Source: an uncultured delta proteobacterium
GTDB lineage: Bacteria; Myxococcota_A; Polyangia; Polyangiales; Houyiibacteriaceae
Direction: 5' to 3'
Assembly (NCBI GenBank): GCA_963699755.1
Contig: CAVOVB010000001.1
Span: forward strand, 1,024,001-1,088,000
DNA length: 64,000 nt
The notes under the pieces are model-generated. The model saw only the letters and a program-made list of their open reading frames with translations, searched no databases and was not told the origin of the DNA. Below, in pieces: positions 45,139 through 54,453 of this stretch. The translations under genes and the position numbers were made by a program. Within the stretch, counting starts at the first letter, position 1. Each line of letters begins with the position of its first letter.

Positions 45139-46187
45139 TGGCGGCCATTCGGCAGAAGCTACTCGGCTGGTACGACGAGGCCGCGCGTGCTCTTCCTTGG
45201 CGCCGAACCCGCGACCCTTACGCGATCTGGGTGTCCGAGGTCATGCTGCAGCAGACGCGCGTCGAGACGGTCATCCCATACTATGAGCGCTTCCTTGCGA
45301 GCTTTCCCACCCCGATCGCTTTGGCCGAGGCGAACGAAGACACGGTCCTCTCGCATTGGAGCGGCCTTGGTTACTATCGGCGCGCGCGCTTACTTCAGGC
45401 GGGTGTCCGTGAGGTGGTGGCTCAGTACGGCGGAAGGGTTCCTGAAGATGCTGAAGCGCGGCGCGCCCTCCCCGGGGTTGGCCGCTATACGGCAGGTGCG
45501 ATCGGCAGCATTGCCTTCGGCAAGGAAGAGCCCATCGTCGATGGGAACGTGGCCCGTGTCCTCGCGCGGATGTTCCGAATCGACACCCCGCTCGGCTCGC
45601 CCGTCACGAACAAACGACTCTGGGAAGAAGCTGGGCGTCTGGTTCCGGGTGCTCGACCTGGCGACCTGAATCAGGCCCTGATGGAGCTTGGCGCCATGAT
45701 ATGCACGCCCAAGGAACCGAGCTGTGAGTCCTGCCCCGTCGCCGCAGACTGCGAAGCACACGCATGCGGCGAGGTTGGTTCTCTCCCGGTTCCGCGTCCG
45801 CGAAGAACGCCCAGCGAGATGAAGCTGTCCGCGGTGGTGGCAACGCGCGGTCGTGAGACCGAGCAACGCGTCTGGCTCCTTCAGAGCCAACAGAAGTTGT
45901 TCGCTGGGCTCTGGGGATTGCCGATGGTTGCTCGAGAAGATTCCGGTGCGCACGATCCTCGAAGCGCACTTCGGGACGCTGGCATTTCAGCGAGGCTCGA
46001 CCCGGATCCAATTGGGGAGATCGAGCACGTACTGACGCACCGGCGAATGCGGATCGAGTTGTTCAGAGCCAGGGGGGCGAAGGCTGCGGAGTCGAAGAGC
46101 CGACGGCTATTCAGCGTGGATGAGCTCGAGAAGGTTGGTGTCTCCAGGCTGACGAAGAAACTTCTGGCCGCAGGCCTCGAGCGTTAG
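45138..46187 (+). CDS. mutY: A/G-specific adenine glycosylase
   Basis: Motifs LPWR, SEVMLQQT, GLGYY.RAR, LPGVGRYTA and VDGNV, plus the Fe-S motif C-X6-C-X2-C-X5-C. Confidence 0.95.
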   Translation: MAAIRQKLLGWYDEAARALPWRRTRDPYAIWVSEVMLQQTRVETVIPYYERFLASFPTPIALAEANEDTVLSHWSGLGYYRRARLLQAGVREVVAQYGGRVPEDAEARRALPGVGRYTAGAIGSIAFGKEEPIVDGNVARVLARMFRIDTPLGSPVTNKRLWEEAGRLVPGARPGDLNQALMELGAMICTPKEPSCESCPVAADCEAHACGEVGSLPVPRPRRTPSEMKLSAVVATRGRETEQRVWLLQSQQKLFAGLWGLPMVAREDSGAHDPRSALRDAGISARLDPDPIGEIEHVLTHRRMRIELFRARGAKAAESKSRRLFSVDELEKVGVSRLTKKLLAAGLER

Positions 46188-46188
46188 C

Positions 46189-46332
46189 GGGGCTAGGGAG
46201 GGCTACAGCGCACCCTAAACCGCAAAGCGCGGCCCGGTCTGCGTTGCGCATTCGGTGTGAGGGCCGGCGCCGATGCCGGCGGCAGCGCCAATGAGGGCGC
46301 CGCTGTCCCTCCCCCCGCAGCGGACTAGCCCC
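46189..46332. other. intergenic element with nested inverted repeats (candidate structured RNA or miniature repeat element)
   Basis: Arm pairs GGGGCTAG/CTAGCCCC, GGGAGGG..ACAGCG/CGCTGT-CCCTCCC, GGCCC/GGGCC and TGCG/CGCA. Confidence 0.4.
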
Positions 46333-46361
46333 CCGACCCCCTCAGCCGATACACTATCGGC

Positions 46362-47252
46362 GTGGGTGTTCTCGCGTATCGGGGCCTGTCTAAGCGTTTC
46401 GGGCAGCACACTGCGCTCGATCGCGTATCGCTCGAGATCATGCAGGGCGAGGTCTTTGGCCTTCTAGGTCCAAACGGTGCGGGCAAGACGACCTTGATCC
46501 GAATTGGGCTCGACATTCTTCGCCCGAACGAAGGAGAGGTGTCGCTCTTTGGCTTCGCTCCGACTCCCCAGGCGCTCGATCGCACAGCCTATCTTCCGGA
46601 GGAGCGCGGAGTGTACCGTCGTGCCAAGGTGGGTGAGCTTCTAGCCTATCTCGGCGGATTGAAGGGGATGAAGCGCCTGGCGGCTCGTGCTTCGGCAGAC
46701 CATTGGCTCGAGCGTGTGGGTCTGAGCCATGTCGCCGACCAGCGGGTCGAGAGCCTTTCCAAAGGCATGACGCAGAAGGTTCAGATCGCAGCTTGCCTGA
46801 TGAGCGACCCCGAGCTTTGTGTTCTAGACGAGCCATTTTCCGGTCTGGATCCGGTCAACGTCGCGTTGGTCACCGAGCTGATCGAAGAGCGTCGGCGAAC
46901 CGGCCAAACAACCGTCTTGTCGACCCATATGATGCATCAAGTCGAAGCGCTCTGTGATCGCGTTGCGCTCATCCATCGCGGAAACCTCGTGGTGTACGGA
47001 CAGCTCGATGAGATTCGTCGACGCCATTCGCCGCACGGAGTGATCGTCTGGACGGCGATGGATCTGACCGCCCTTGGGGTAGAAGCCACAAGACAAAGAG
47101 CCGGTGGCTGGCGCGTCGAGTTGCCGCCGAGCGCAACGCCGGCCGGATACCTGAACGAGCTCGTCCGAAACGGCGTCTCGGTCGACCGTTACGAGCCGCT
47201 GGTGGCGCGCATGGACGAAATCTTCGTCCACTTGGTCAGCGAGGTGCACTGA
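46362..47252 (+). CDS. ABC-2 type transporter ATP-binding protein
   Basis: Walker A GPNGAGKT, signature LSKGM, Walker B LDEPFSGLDP and H-loop STH. Confidence 0.94.
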   Translation: MGVLAYRGLSKRFGQHTALDRVSLEIMQGEVFGLLGPNGAGKTTLIRIGLDILRPNEGEVSLFGFAPTPQALDRTAYLPEERGVYRRAKVGELLAYLGGLKGMKRLAARASADHWLERVGLSHVADQRVESLSKGMTQKVQIAACLMSDPELCVLDEPFSGLDPVNVALVTELIEERRRTGQTTVLSTHMMHQVEALCDRVALIHRGNLVVYGQLDEIRRRHSPHGVIVWTAMDLTALGVEATRQRAGGWRVELPPSATPAGYLNELVRNGVSVDRYEPLVARMDEIFVHLVSEVH

Positions 47253-47255
47253 GTC

Positions 47256-48530
47256 ATGCGCCTCCAACGCATTGCGGTCGTCGCGCGCTTCGAGCTCTTA
47301 TCGGTCGTCAAACGCTGGTCCTATTTGATCGCGACATTCGGCCTGCCTCTCTTCCTGGCTGCCGTTTCGGGCACGGTCCTCGGCCTCCAAACGTATTTCT
47401 TCTCGCAGCGCGCTGCAGAGAGCTCGCGCTTCGGCCTCGTCGACGATGCAAACGTCATCGATCGTTCACTGTTCGAGGAACGGGATGGCGAGCTCCGGTG
47501 CAAAGCGAGTGAGGGAGCCGACGATGTGGTGCTCTACGACCAACGCGACGCGGCGAGCAAGGATCTCGAAGCGGGCCGCCTTCGGGCTCTGTACGTCGTC
47601 CAAAAAGACTACCTCGCGAGCGGAAAGGTGCGTGCGGTCGAGTCGAACAAGACTCCGCTTCTGAGTATGCGCGGAACCTCGATCGAACCGCTTCTCCAGA
47701 AGCTCTTGAGAAAGTCACTCCTCGAAGGGCGGCTCGACGGACAGTTACGAGAACGAGTGCTTTCCCCGGCGTTCTTCGTGCGCAGCCGCCTGGGGCCTGA
47801 AGGCCATGAGCTGGTCGACCTCGACCAGGCCCTCGACCTCCTCGTGCGCACGACCATCCCGCTCTTCTTAGGAATCCTGCTTCTTACCGCCCTGCTGAGC
47901 GCTTCGGGATACCTCGTACAAACCGTGTCGACCGACAAGGAGAGCAAGATCGTCGAGGTTCTACTCTCCTCGGTGACGCCTGAAGAAATCCTCGCCGGCA
48001 AGCTCTTCGGCCTTGGCGCCGCGGGGCTCGTTCAGTTTGCCGTCTGGTCCTCGATGGTCGTATTCGTGGCGATCTCTGCTTCGGCGGCGCTTGCAGCGGT
48101 CGTGTCGATCCCCTGGGTAGCCCTGGCCGTGGCGCCAGTCTTCTTCGTCCTCGGCTACCTCTTTCTCGGTAGCTTGATGCTTGCGACCGCCGCGCTTGGC
48201 GCCAACGCTGCCGAAAGTCAGAAGCTCACCATGGGCTGGGCCATCCTTGCAATCCTTCCCTTGATGGTGCCGGTGATCCTTCTCGAAGAGCCCAACGGCA
48301 TCCTTGGTCAAGTGATGACATGGATCCCCTTCACTTCCCCGCTCACGGTCATCGTCCGGCTCGCAGTCGACTCCTCGGGCATTGCCTGGTGGGAGGTCCT
48401 AGGCTCGATGCTGGTATTGGTGGTTTCGACTTGGCTGTCGATTCGAGTCGGTGCGCGGCTATTTCGGGTTGGATTCCTCCTGACGGGAACGATGCCTTCG
48501 CTCGGGGAGCTCTGGCGGCAGGCGCGCTGA
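47256..48530 (+). CDS. ABC-2 type permease (NatB/YhaP-like)
   Basis: One TM, a large periplasmic loop and five further TMs. Motifs DKESKIVEVLLSSV, GKLFG and IPFTSP. Confidence 0.88.
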   Translation: MRLQRIAVVARFELLSVVKRWSYLIATFGLPLFLAAVSGTVLGLQTYFFSQRAAESSRFGLVDDANVIDRSLFEERDGELRCKASEGADDVVLYDQRDAASKDLEAGRLRALYVVQKDYLASGKVRAVESNKTPLLSMRGTSIEPLLQKLLRKSLLEGRLDGQLRERVLSPAFFVRSRLGPEGHELVDLDQALDLLVRTTIPLFLGILLLTALLSASGYLVQTVSTDKESKIVEVLLSSVTPEEILAGKLFGLGAAGLVQFAVWSSMVVFVAISASAALAAVVSIPWVALAVAPVFFVLGYLFLGSLMLATAALGANAAESQKLTMGWAILAILPLMVPVILLEEPNGILGQVMTWIPFTSPLTVIVRLAVDSSGIAWWEVLGSMLVLVVSTWLSIRVGARLFRVGFLLTGTMPSLGELWRQAR

Positions 48531-48547
48531 ATCTCTGAGAATCTACA

Positions 48548-49216
48548 CTAGGCAACCGGGCCCGGCATGGGCAGCTCGAGCTCTTCGATCAGCGTCGCTG
48601 TGTTTAGCTCAGCCGCCGAGTAGGCCGAAACCCGCATCGCAACGAAGTCCAGCACCGTAAACGACTGCTCGTCCTTGCGGTGAATGGTGCCGGCGTTGAT
48701 GACGGTGAGGCCCGGGAAGACACGGACCATTCGTTCGTGTGTATGTCCGCCGATCATGAACTGAATCTCGTCATCGAACATCAGCTCCCGCAGGGTTGGG
48801 ATGTCTTGAAGGGCGTAACCCCGCGTCTCGGGGAGAAGCCAGGCTTCGTCGTCCTCGCCGACGCCGTGACAGAGGAGCGCGTTGCCTTTGGGCGTAGCAT
48901 ACCTTCGCACAGCTGGGAGCGACTCGATGAACGAGCGCGACGCCGCGCTGATTTCAATCGTGGCGTTCTCGAGCGATCGTTGCTCACCAGCGAGAAACCA
49001 ACGTTCGTGGTTGCCGGCTACGCATTGCACATGTCGCGCTTCGAGCAGACGTACCGTGGCGTCCGCATCGCCGGGCCCGTCGACCAAATCGCCGACGCAA
49101 AGAACCGCTTCGACGTTCATCCTGTCCAGGGCATCGAGCACTCGCCCGAGCGTCTCGTCCTCGCAATGAACGTCGCCGATCACCCCCAATCGGCCGAGCA
49201 TGCCACTCTCGCTCAC
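48548..49216 (-). CDS. calcineurin-like metallophosphoesterase
   Basis: Motifs DVH, GDLVD, GNHE, HG, GHTH and NAG. Confidence 0.9.
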   Translation of the reverse strand: MSESGMLGRLGVIGDVHCEDETLGRVLDALDRMNVEAVLCVGDLVDGPGDADATVRLLEARHVQCVAGNHERWFLAGEQRSLENATIEISAASRSFIESLPAVRRYATPKGNALLCHGVGEDDEAWLLPETRGYALQDIPTLRELMFDDEIQFMIGGHTHERMVRVFPGLTVINAGTIHRKDEQSFTVLDFVAMRVSAYSAAELNTATLIEELELPMPGPVA

Positions 49217-49299
49217 GCCAGCAACTTAGGAGGTTTTCCACCTAGCGCCAAGAACTACGCGACTGGTGCTCTCGAGCCTCCTGTTGTAGACCCGCTCCC

Positions 49300-50622
49300 A
49301 TGCTCGACCTGCGCTTCGTGAGCGAAAACTTGCCGGATGTGAAGGCTGCCCTGACGCGCCGCGGCTTCGCGGATGCTGCCCTCCTCGATCGACTTGGATC
49401 CCTGGCCGAAGAACGACGATCCGTCATCGCCGCAGTCGAGGCGCTGCGACAGGAGCGGAACGAGGCCAGCCAGGCGATGGCGAAGGTGGCCGACAAGAGC
49501 TCCGAGGAGTTTCAGGCCAAGCGCGATCAGCTTCGGCGCCTCGGCGACGAGATCAAGCAAAGGGAGTCGCGGCAAGCCGAGGTGGAGACCGAGCTCGAAG
49601 CGATCTTGCTGAACTTGCCGAATCTTCCCCACGCCGACACTCCGGACGGCCTGAGCGAAGACGACAACGTCGAGATCCGCGTCTGGGGGGAGAAGCCTGT
49701 CTTCGCCTTCGACGTCGTCGATCACGTCGAGGTCGGTACCAAGCTCGACATCCTCGACTTCGAGCGCGCCGCCAAGATCAGCGGCTCGCGATTCGTCGTG
49801 CTCAAGGGTCTTGGGTCACGCCTCAATCGCGCGCTGATGCAGTTCATGCTCGACGTACACAGCAGTGAGCATGGCTACGAAGAAGTCTGGCCGCCGGTGC
49901 TCGTCAAAGACAGCGCCATGCGCGGCACCGGCCAGCTGCCAAAGTTCGCCAAGGATGCGTTTCGGATGGCAAAAGACGAGGACTGGGAAGCGCAGGCCGA
50001 TGCACAGGGGCACGAGCTCTATCTCGTGCCGACGGCCGAAGTGCCTCTTACCAACCTTCACGCGAACGAGATCCTCACTGGGGCTGACTTGCCGGTTGCG
50101 TATACCGGATACACTGCCTGCTTCCGAAGCGAGGCGGGGAGCTATGGTAAAGACACACGTGGCATGATCCGTGTTCATCAGTTCGACAAGGTAGAGCTGG
50201 TTCGTTTCTGCCATCCCGACCAGGGCGTGGCAGAGCTCGAAGCTCTTACCCATCATGCCGAGTCGATCCTGCAGAAGCTCGGCTTGCATCATCGTGTCGT
50301 GCAGCTCTGTGCGGGCGACATGGGGTTTGCCGCGCAGAAGTCTTACGATCTGGAGGTCTGGCTGCCCGCGCAGAACGCCTATCGGGAGATCTCGAGCTGC
50401 TCTTGGTTTGGCGACTTCCAAGCGCGACGCATGAACGCCCGTTTTAGGTCCGACGAGAAGGCCAAGCCGCGCTTCCTTCATACCCTCAATGGTTCTGGCC
50501 TTGCGATCGGCCGGACGCTGGTCGCGATTCTGGAGCAGAATCAACAGGCCGATGCAAGCGTGCTCATCCCCGACGCGTTGCGTCCCTACATGGGCGGACT
50601 GGAAAGAATCCCAGCGCCCTAA
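49300..50622 (+). CDS. serS: seryl-tRNA synthetase
   Basis: N-terminal coiled coil, plus PTAEVP, FRSEAG, HQFDKVE, EISSCS and TLNGSGLA. Confidence 0.97.
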   Translation: MLDLRFVSENLPDVKAALTRRGFADAALLDRLGSLAEERRSVIAAVEALRQERNEASQAMAKVADKSSEEFQAKRDQLRRLGDEIKQRESRQAEVETELEAILLNLPNLPHADTPDGLSEDDNVEIRVWGEKPVFAFDVVDHVEVGTKLDILDFERAAKISGSRFVVLKGLGSRLNRALMQFMLDVHSSEHGYEEVWPPVLVKDSAMRGTGQLPKFAKDAFRMAKDEDWEAQADAQGHELYLVPTAEVPLTNLHANEILTGADLPVAYTGYTACFRSEAGSYGKDTRGMIRVHQFDKVELVRFCHPDQGVAELEALTHHAESILQKLGLHHRVVQLCAGDMGFAAQKSYDLEVWLPAQNAYREISSCSWFGDFQARRMNARFRSDEKAKPRFLHTLNGSGLAIGRTLVAILEQNQQADASVLIPDALRPYMGGLERIPAP

Positions 50623-50633
50623 ATGACCGGCGA

Positions 50634-51680
50634 ATGACAAGGCTCGGGATCCAACGCGACGTTCCGCTTGCCCCGCTCACCAGCTTGGAGCTCGGCGGGC
50701 CCGCGAAGTATCTCGTGCGCGCGAGCGACGAAGCCACCCTCGTCGATGCGCTTCGCTGGGCCGCCGACGAAGCGATTCCGGCAGCCATCCTGGCCGGCGG
50801 CTCGAATCTCATCGTGCCCGACGAGGGCTATGCAGGTCTGGTCGTTCACATGGCGATCGGCGAGCTCACGTTCTCAGAGGGCGGCGTCGTGACAGCAGGC
50901 GCAGGAGTGCCCTGGGATCAGGTCGTGGACGGTGCGGTCGCCCGAAATTGGGCCGGGGTCGAATGCCTTGCGGGAATTCCGGGGTCTAGCGGTGCAACGC
51001 CCATCCAGAACGTCGGGGCGTACGGCGCGGAGGTCGCCGGGGTGATTGACCGGGTCCGCGTTCTTCGCCGCGACACGCTCGCGTTCGAGGAGCTCGCCCC
51101 AGAGGCCTGTGGCTTTGGGTATCGCGACAGCCTGTTCAAGCGCGACCCCGAGCGCTTCGTCATCTCCTCGGTCCGCTTCGCCTTGCGTCCTGGGGGCCCC
51201 GGGACGATTCGCTACGCCGAGCTCGAGAAGCGTGTTGGGCGCGACGCAACGCTTGCCGAGATCCGGCAGCGCGTGCTCGAGCTTCGCCGACACAAGTCGA
51301 TGCTGATCGATCCCGCCGATCCCAATCGCCGAAGCGCGGGCTCCTTCTTCCTGAATCCGGTCGTTTCCGCCGCGGAGGCGGACCGCCTCGTCGAGCAGGC
51401 GCTCCGCGAGAGACTCGTGAGAGCTCCCGAGGAAGTCCCGAGCTACCCGACCCAGGATACCCGGGTGAAGCTCGCTGCGGGTTGGCTCATCGAAAGGGCC
51501 GGGATTGCAAAGGGCAGCCGACGTGGCGCCATCGGCGTATCGAGCAATCACGCACTTTCTCTAGTGCACCATGGTGGCGGCACGACCACCGAGTTGCTCG
51601 CCTTCGCCGACGAGATCCGAGCACGCGTTCGCGACCGTTTCGGCATCGCCCTCGAACGCGAGCCGCGACTGCTGGTCTAG
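50634..51680 (+). CDS. murB: UDP-N-acetylenolpyruvoylglucosamine reductase
   Basis: Motifs GGSN, GIPG..GATPIQNVGAYG, FGYRDS.FK, SAGSFF.NP, HAL and LEREP. Confidence 0.96.
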   Translation: MTRLGIQRDVPLAPLTSLELGGPAKYLVRASDEATLVDALRWAADEAIPAAILAGGSNLIVPDEGYAGLVVHMAIGELTFSEGGVVTAGAGVPWDQVVDGAVARNWAGVECLAGIPGSSGATPIQNVGAYGAEVAGVIDRVRVLRRDTLAFEELAPEACGFGYRDSLFKRDPERFVISSVRFALRPGGPGTIRYAELEKRVGRDATLAEIRQRVLELRRHKSMLIDPADPNRRSAGSFFLNPVVSAAEADRLVEQALRERLVRAPEEVPSYPTQDTRVKLAAGWLIERAGIAKGSRRGAIGVSSNHALSLVHHGGGTTTELLAFADEIRARVRDRFGIALEREPRLLV

Positions 51681-51681
51681 G

Positions 51682-52836
51682 TCACTCCGCGAACGGGTCG
51701 CTGAACGCCGGGTTGGTGAGCAAGCTCTCGTCGGTCAGCGTCCGAAGAAATGCGATCAGGTCCTGCTTCTCTTGCTCGCTGATCTTGAAGCCATCGAGGA
51801 AGCTGCTCTTGTTGGGGTTGTCGAAGCCGTCGCCCGCGTCGGGCCCGCTTTCGATCAAGCGCCCTCCACGCGCATAGTGGTCCACGACCTCTTCGAGGGT
51901 GGCGATCGAGCCGTCGTGCATGTAGGGCGCGGTGACCGCGACATTGCGCAGGCTCGGCGGCTTGAACTTCCCCTTGTCGGCCGGGTCGTTGGTGACCTCG
52001 AAGAGCCCCTGATTGCCTTCCGGATAGCTGCCGTCCGAATCGAGATTGTAGAGGCCGTTGTTGATGAAGGTCTGCTGATTGAACTCGCTGCCACTGTGGT
52101 CGACCGACTGGGAGAGCAGGAAGCCGCCGTGACAATGGAAACACTCCAGCGCATCGGGGACTCCCTCCTCGGTGGTGCCTCCGAAAAAGAGCGCCTTTCC
52201 TCTTTGCTCGGACAAGGTCAGCGCGCTCGACCCCTGGTCGTACCTGGAGCTGAAGCTGGTCAGGGCACGCTGAAACGCGGCGATCGCCTTGGTGATGCTG
52301 TCCAGGTCGATTGGATCCGCTTTTTCGGGAAAAGCCTTGGCAAACATGTCCGGATAGCGCTCGTCGTCGCGCAGGCGGCGGAGAAGCTCGTCTTCCATGT
52401 TCGCCATTCCGAGCTCGACCGGATCCTCGCCAAACATCGGCACCAAGGCTTGCTCTTCGAGCCGGACGACCGCCGGGTTCGCCCAGTTCAGCGATGCCGC
52501 ATAGCCTACGTTGGCCAAGCTCATTGCGCTACGCGGATGAATCTCGCCCGTCGAGCCCTTGGCCTGGGCCAGCCCATCGGTGAATGCAAGCTCCTGCAAG
52601 TGGCAGCCCCCGCAGCTCTGGGTTTGGTTCCCCGATAGCTTCGTGTCGTAGAAGAGGAAACGCCCAAGCTCGACCTTTGCATCGGACATCGGGTTGTCTT
52701 CGGGGACCCGCGGTTGAGGAACGGTGTCCGGAATGTCCCAGACCCATTCCTTGGACACGGATGCGGTCTCGCTGTCACCGCATCCGGTCCAAAGGAGCAA
52801 TGGGAACAAGACAAGCGCGAGAGGGAGATGTTTCAT
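51682..52836 (-). CDS. mbnH: MbnH-family di-heme enzyme (cytochrome c peroxidase/MauG superfamily), lipoprotein
   Basis: Lipobox WTGC, LGRFLFYD, hemes CGGCH and CFHCH, and FKPPSLRNVAVTAPYMHDG. Lies downstream of mbnP. Confidence 0.88.
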   Translation of the reverse strand: MKHLPLALVLFPLLLWTGCGDSETASVSKEWVWDIPDTVPQPRVPEDNPMSDAKVELGRFLFYDTKLSGNQTQSCGGCHLQELAFTDGLAQAKGSTGEIHPRSAMSLANVGYAASLNWANPAVVRLEEQALVPMFGEDPVELGMANMEDELLRRLRDDERYPDMFAKAFPEKADPIDLDSITKAIAAFQRALTSFSSRYDQGSSALTLSEQRGKALFFGGTTEEGVPDALECFHCHGGFLLSQSVDHSGSEFNQQTFINNGLYNLDSDGSYPEGNQGLFEVTNDPADKGKFKPPSLRNVAVTAPYMHDGSIATLEEVVDHYARGGRLIESGPDAGDGFDNPNKSSFLDGFKISEQEKQDLIAFLRTLTDESLLTNPAFSDPFAE

Positions 52837-52879
52837 GTGGAGTTGGGAGTAAGACCGACCTCTTGACCGAGCAGGAGCA

Positions 52880-53698
52880 CTACTCGGCGGAGAAGAACTG
52901 TTGCGTGCCAGCTTCGGAACCAGCAAAGGAAAGCCCTAGGTTTGCAAAGAGCGGTGCGCAGTCCGTGTCCGCAGGCTTCGACATGCAGCCAAAGTCAGCA
53001 GCGGCGTCGTTGTCGAGAGCGGCGCCTTCGACCAGTGCTGCGTAATCGGCGATGACGGTGTTGGCACTCGCGTCGAACGCATCAAACTCGACCTCCACAC
53101 GGTTGCCGTTGGCGCACTCAGTGACCCCACCGGCCTCCGGGTTCCCGACGCAGCCCGTGCTGCCCAGGTGCATACGCCAGTCATTCGCGCTGAACTGCCC
53201 GGAGTCGATTCGGAGGAACTTGTATCCGCCCTGCCAATCCCAGAACAGTGCGGTGATATTCAAGGGGCTCTGTGCCGTCGAATGATTCTGGTGGTTCACT
53301 TCGAAGGGCACACCCATCTTGAAGCGAAGGCCGTCATACTCCCCAGCCGGCAAAGAACCCGTCACCAGGCCGTTGAGGTCCGCGTTCCCCGTCGCGGCGC
53401 AGTCCTCGAAGTCGAGCAACGCGACGCCGCCCGTCTGGAACTTGTTCTCATCGAGCGCCACCGGAATCCAGCCACCGGCCGCGTTCTTCATTTGGACATC
53501 GTGCACGTAAAAGCGAAAGTCGCTGAGCACGAGCGAGGTATCGTTCGTCCCGAGGTTCTCGTACGTCTCACCACAGACAAAGGGTTGCTCGCCGACGACC
53601 GCGGCGAAGCTGAGCTCGACCTCCTGCGACGCGCTCGAGTCGTCTCCACAGCCCAAAGCAAAGGCGCTCAGCGCCATGAGTATCCATAGTCTTTTCAT
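52880..53698 (-). CDS. mbnP: MbnP-family copper-binding lipoprotein
   Basis: Lipobox ALGC, DFRFYV, LLDFED, GVPFEVNH, the WxW motif FWDWQGGYKFLR and HLGSTGC. Confidence 0.88.
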   Translation of the reverse strand: MKRLWILMALSAFALGCGDDSSASQEVELSFAAVVGEQPFVCGETYENLGTNDTSLVLSDFRFYVHDVQMKNAAGGWIPVALDENKFQTGGVALLDFEDCAATGNADLNGLVTGSLPAGEYDGLRFKMGVPFEVNHQNHSTAQSPLNITALFWDWQGGYKFLRIDSGQFSANDWRMHLGSTGCVGNPEAGGVTECANGNRVEVEFDAFDASANTVIADYAALVEGAALDNDAAADFGCMSKPADTDCAPLFANLGLSFAGSEAGTQQFFSAE

Positions 53699-53730
53699 TT
53701 CATTCTCCACCGTCTCTAGTGCCCGACTTC

Positions 53731-54453
53731 CTAGTTGGTAAGGACAGCCCGCAACGACGAACGTATGTTTTGGGTTATCTGTTCCTGCACTTCGGTTGAC
53801 TCCTCTAGTGCAAAGTCTGCAAAATCGATGCCATCGAACCACTTCGTCTGGTCGATTTGGATGGAGACGCTTTCGAGAACGGGGCTGTCAAAAACCAGCG
53901 GCCGGTCGAACTTCATCTCGCAGAGAAGGATGTCCCAAATCCGCGCGACGAGAGCGGCTTGCTCCACCCCCTCGGCGTCCTCGACACGCCCCACGATGAC
54001 AACGCTGTTCTGCAGCATGTCCAGGTTTTCGTCGGTTACACCCTCTGCATCCTGGTCGGCTGGCATTGCGATCACCCGAATGCCGCAGTAGCGATCTGGA
54101 GGCGGTCGTAGGGTTCCAGCGAAGAGCGGGACGCCGGCGCTCTCCATGAGGTCGATCACCAAGGGAACCCCCAAGCTCGTCGGTGACGAGAACGCGTGGG
54201 CTTTCGCTCGCGCGGCCCCGACCCGCTTCAGAAGATCCAGGACAAAATTGTCACAGCGCAGAAGCTCGACCCTGCCAACGGCGAGCAGAGCTCGCTCGAG
54301 ACGGACCCGATAGCCCAAGTCTGTGCGGACCGCTGCGGGTGTGGCTACCGGTTGGTAGGCGACGTCCACCTCGATGCCTTCAGTCACGCGCGCGCAGTTC
54401 GGGAGCAATGCCGCGGCGAACAGTGCAGCTGCGATGAGGAGACTAAATCTCAT
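53731..54453 (-). CDS. hypothetical exported lipoprotein in the mbnPH operon
   Basis: Hydrophobic leader ending LPNC, an internal AKAH segment and several Cys. Co-directional with its neighbours and overlapping the upstream gene. Confidence 0.65.
   Translation of the reverse strand: MRFSLLIAAALFAAALLPNCARVTEGIEVDVAYQPVATPAAVRTDLGYRVRLERALLAVGRVELLRCDNFVLDLLKRVGAARAKAHAFSSPTSLGVPLVIDLMESAGVPLFAGTLRPPPDRYCGIRVIAMPADQDAEGVTDENLDMLQNSVVIVGRVEDAEGVEQAALVARIWDILLCEMKFDRPLVFDSPVLESVSIQIDQTKWFDGIDFADFALEESTEVQEQITQNIRSSLRAVLTN

Noticed and set aside
46305..46325. CCCCCGCAGCGG resembling part of a cobalamin riboswitch
   Set aside because: The other conserved elements (GGGAA, B12 box) are missing and the downstream genes are unrelated to B12.
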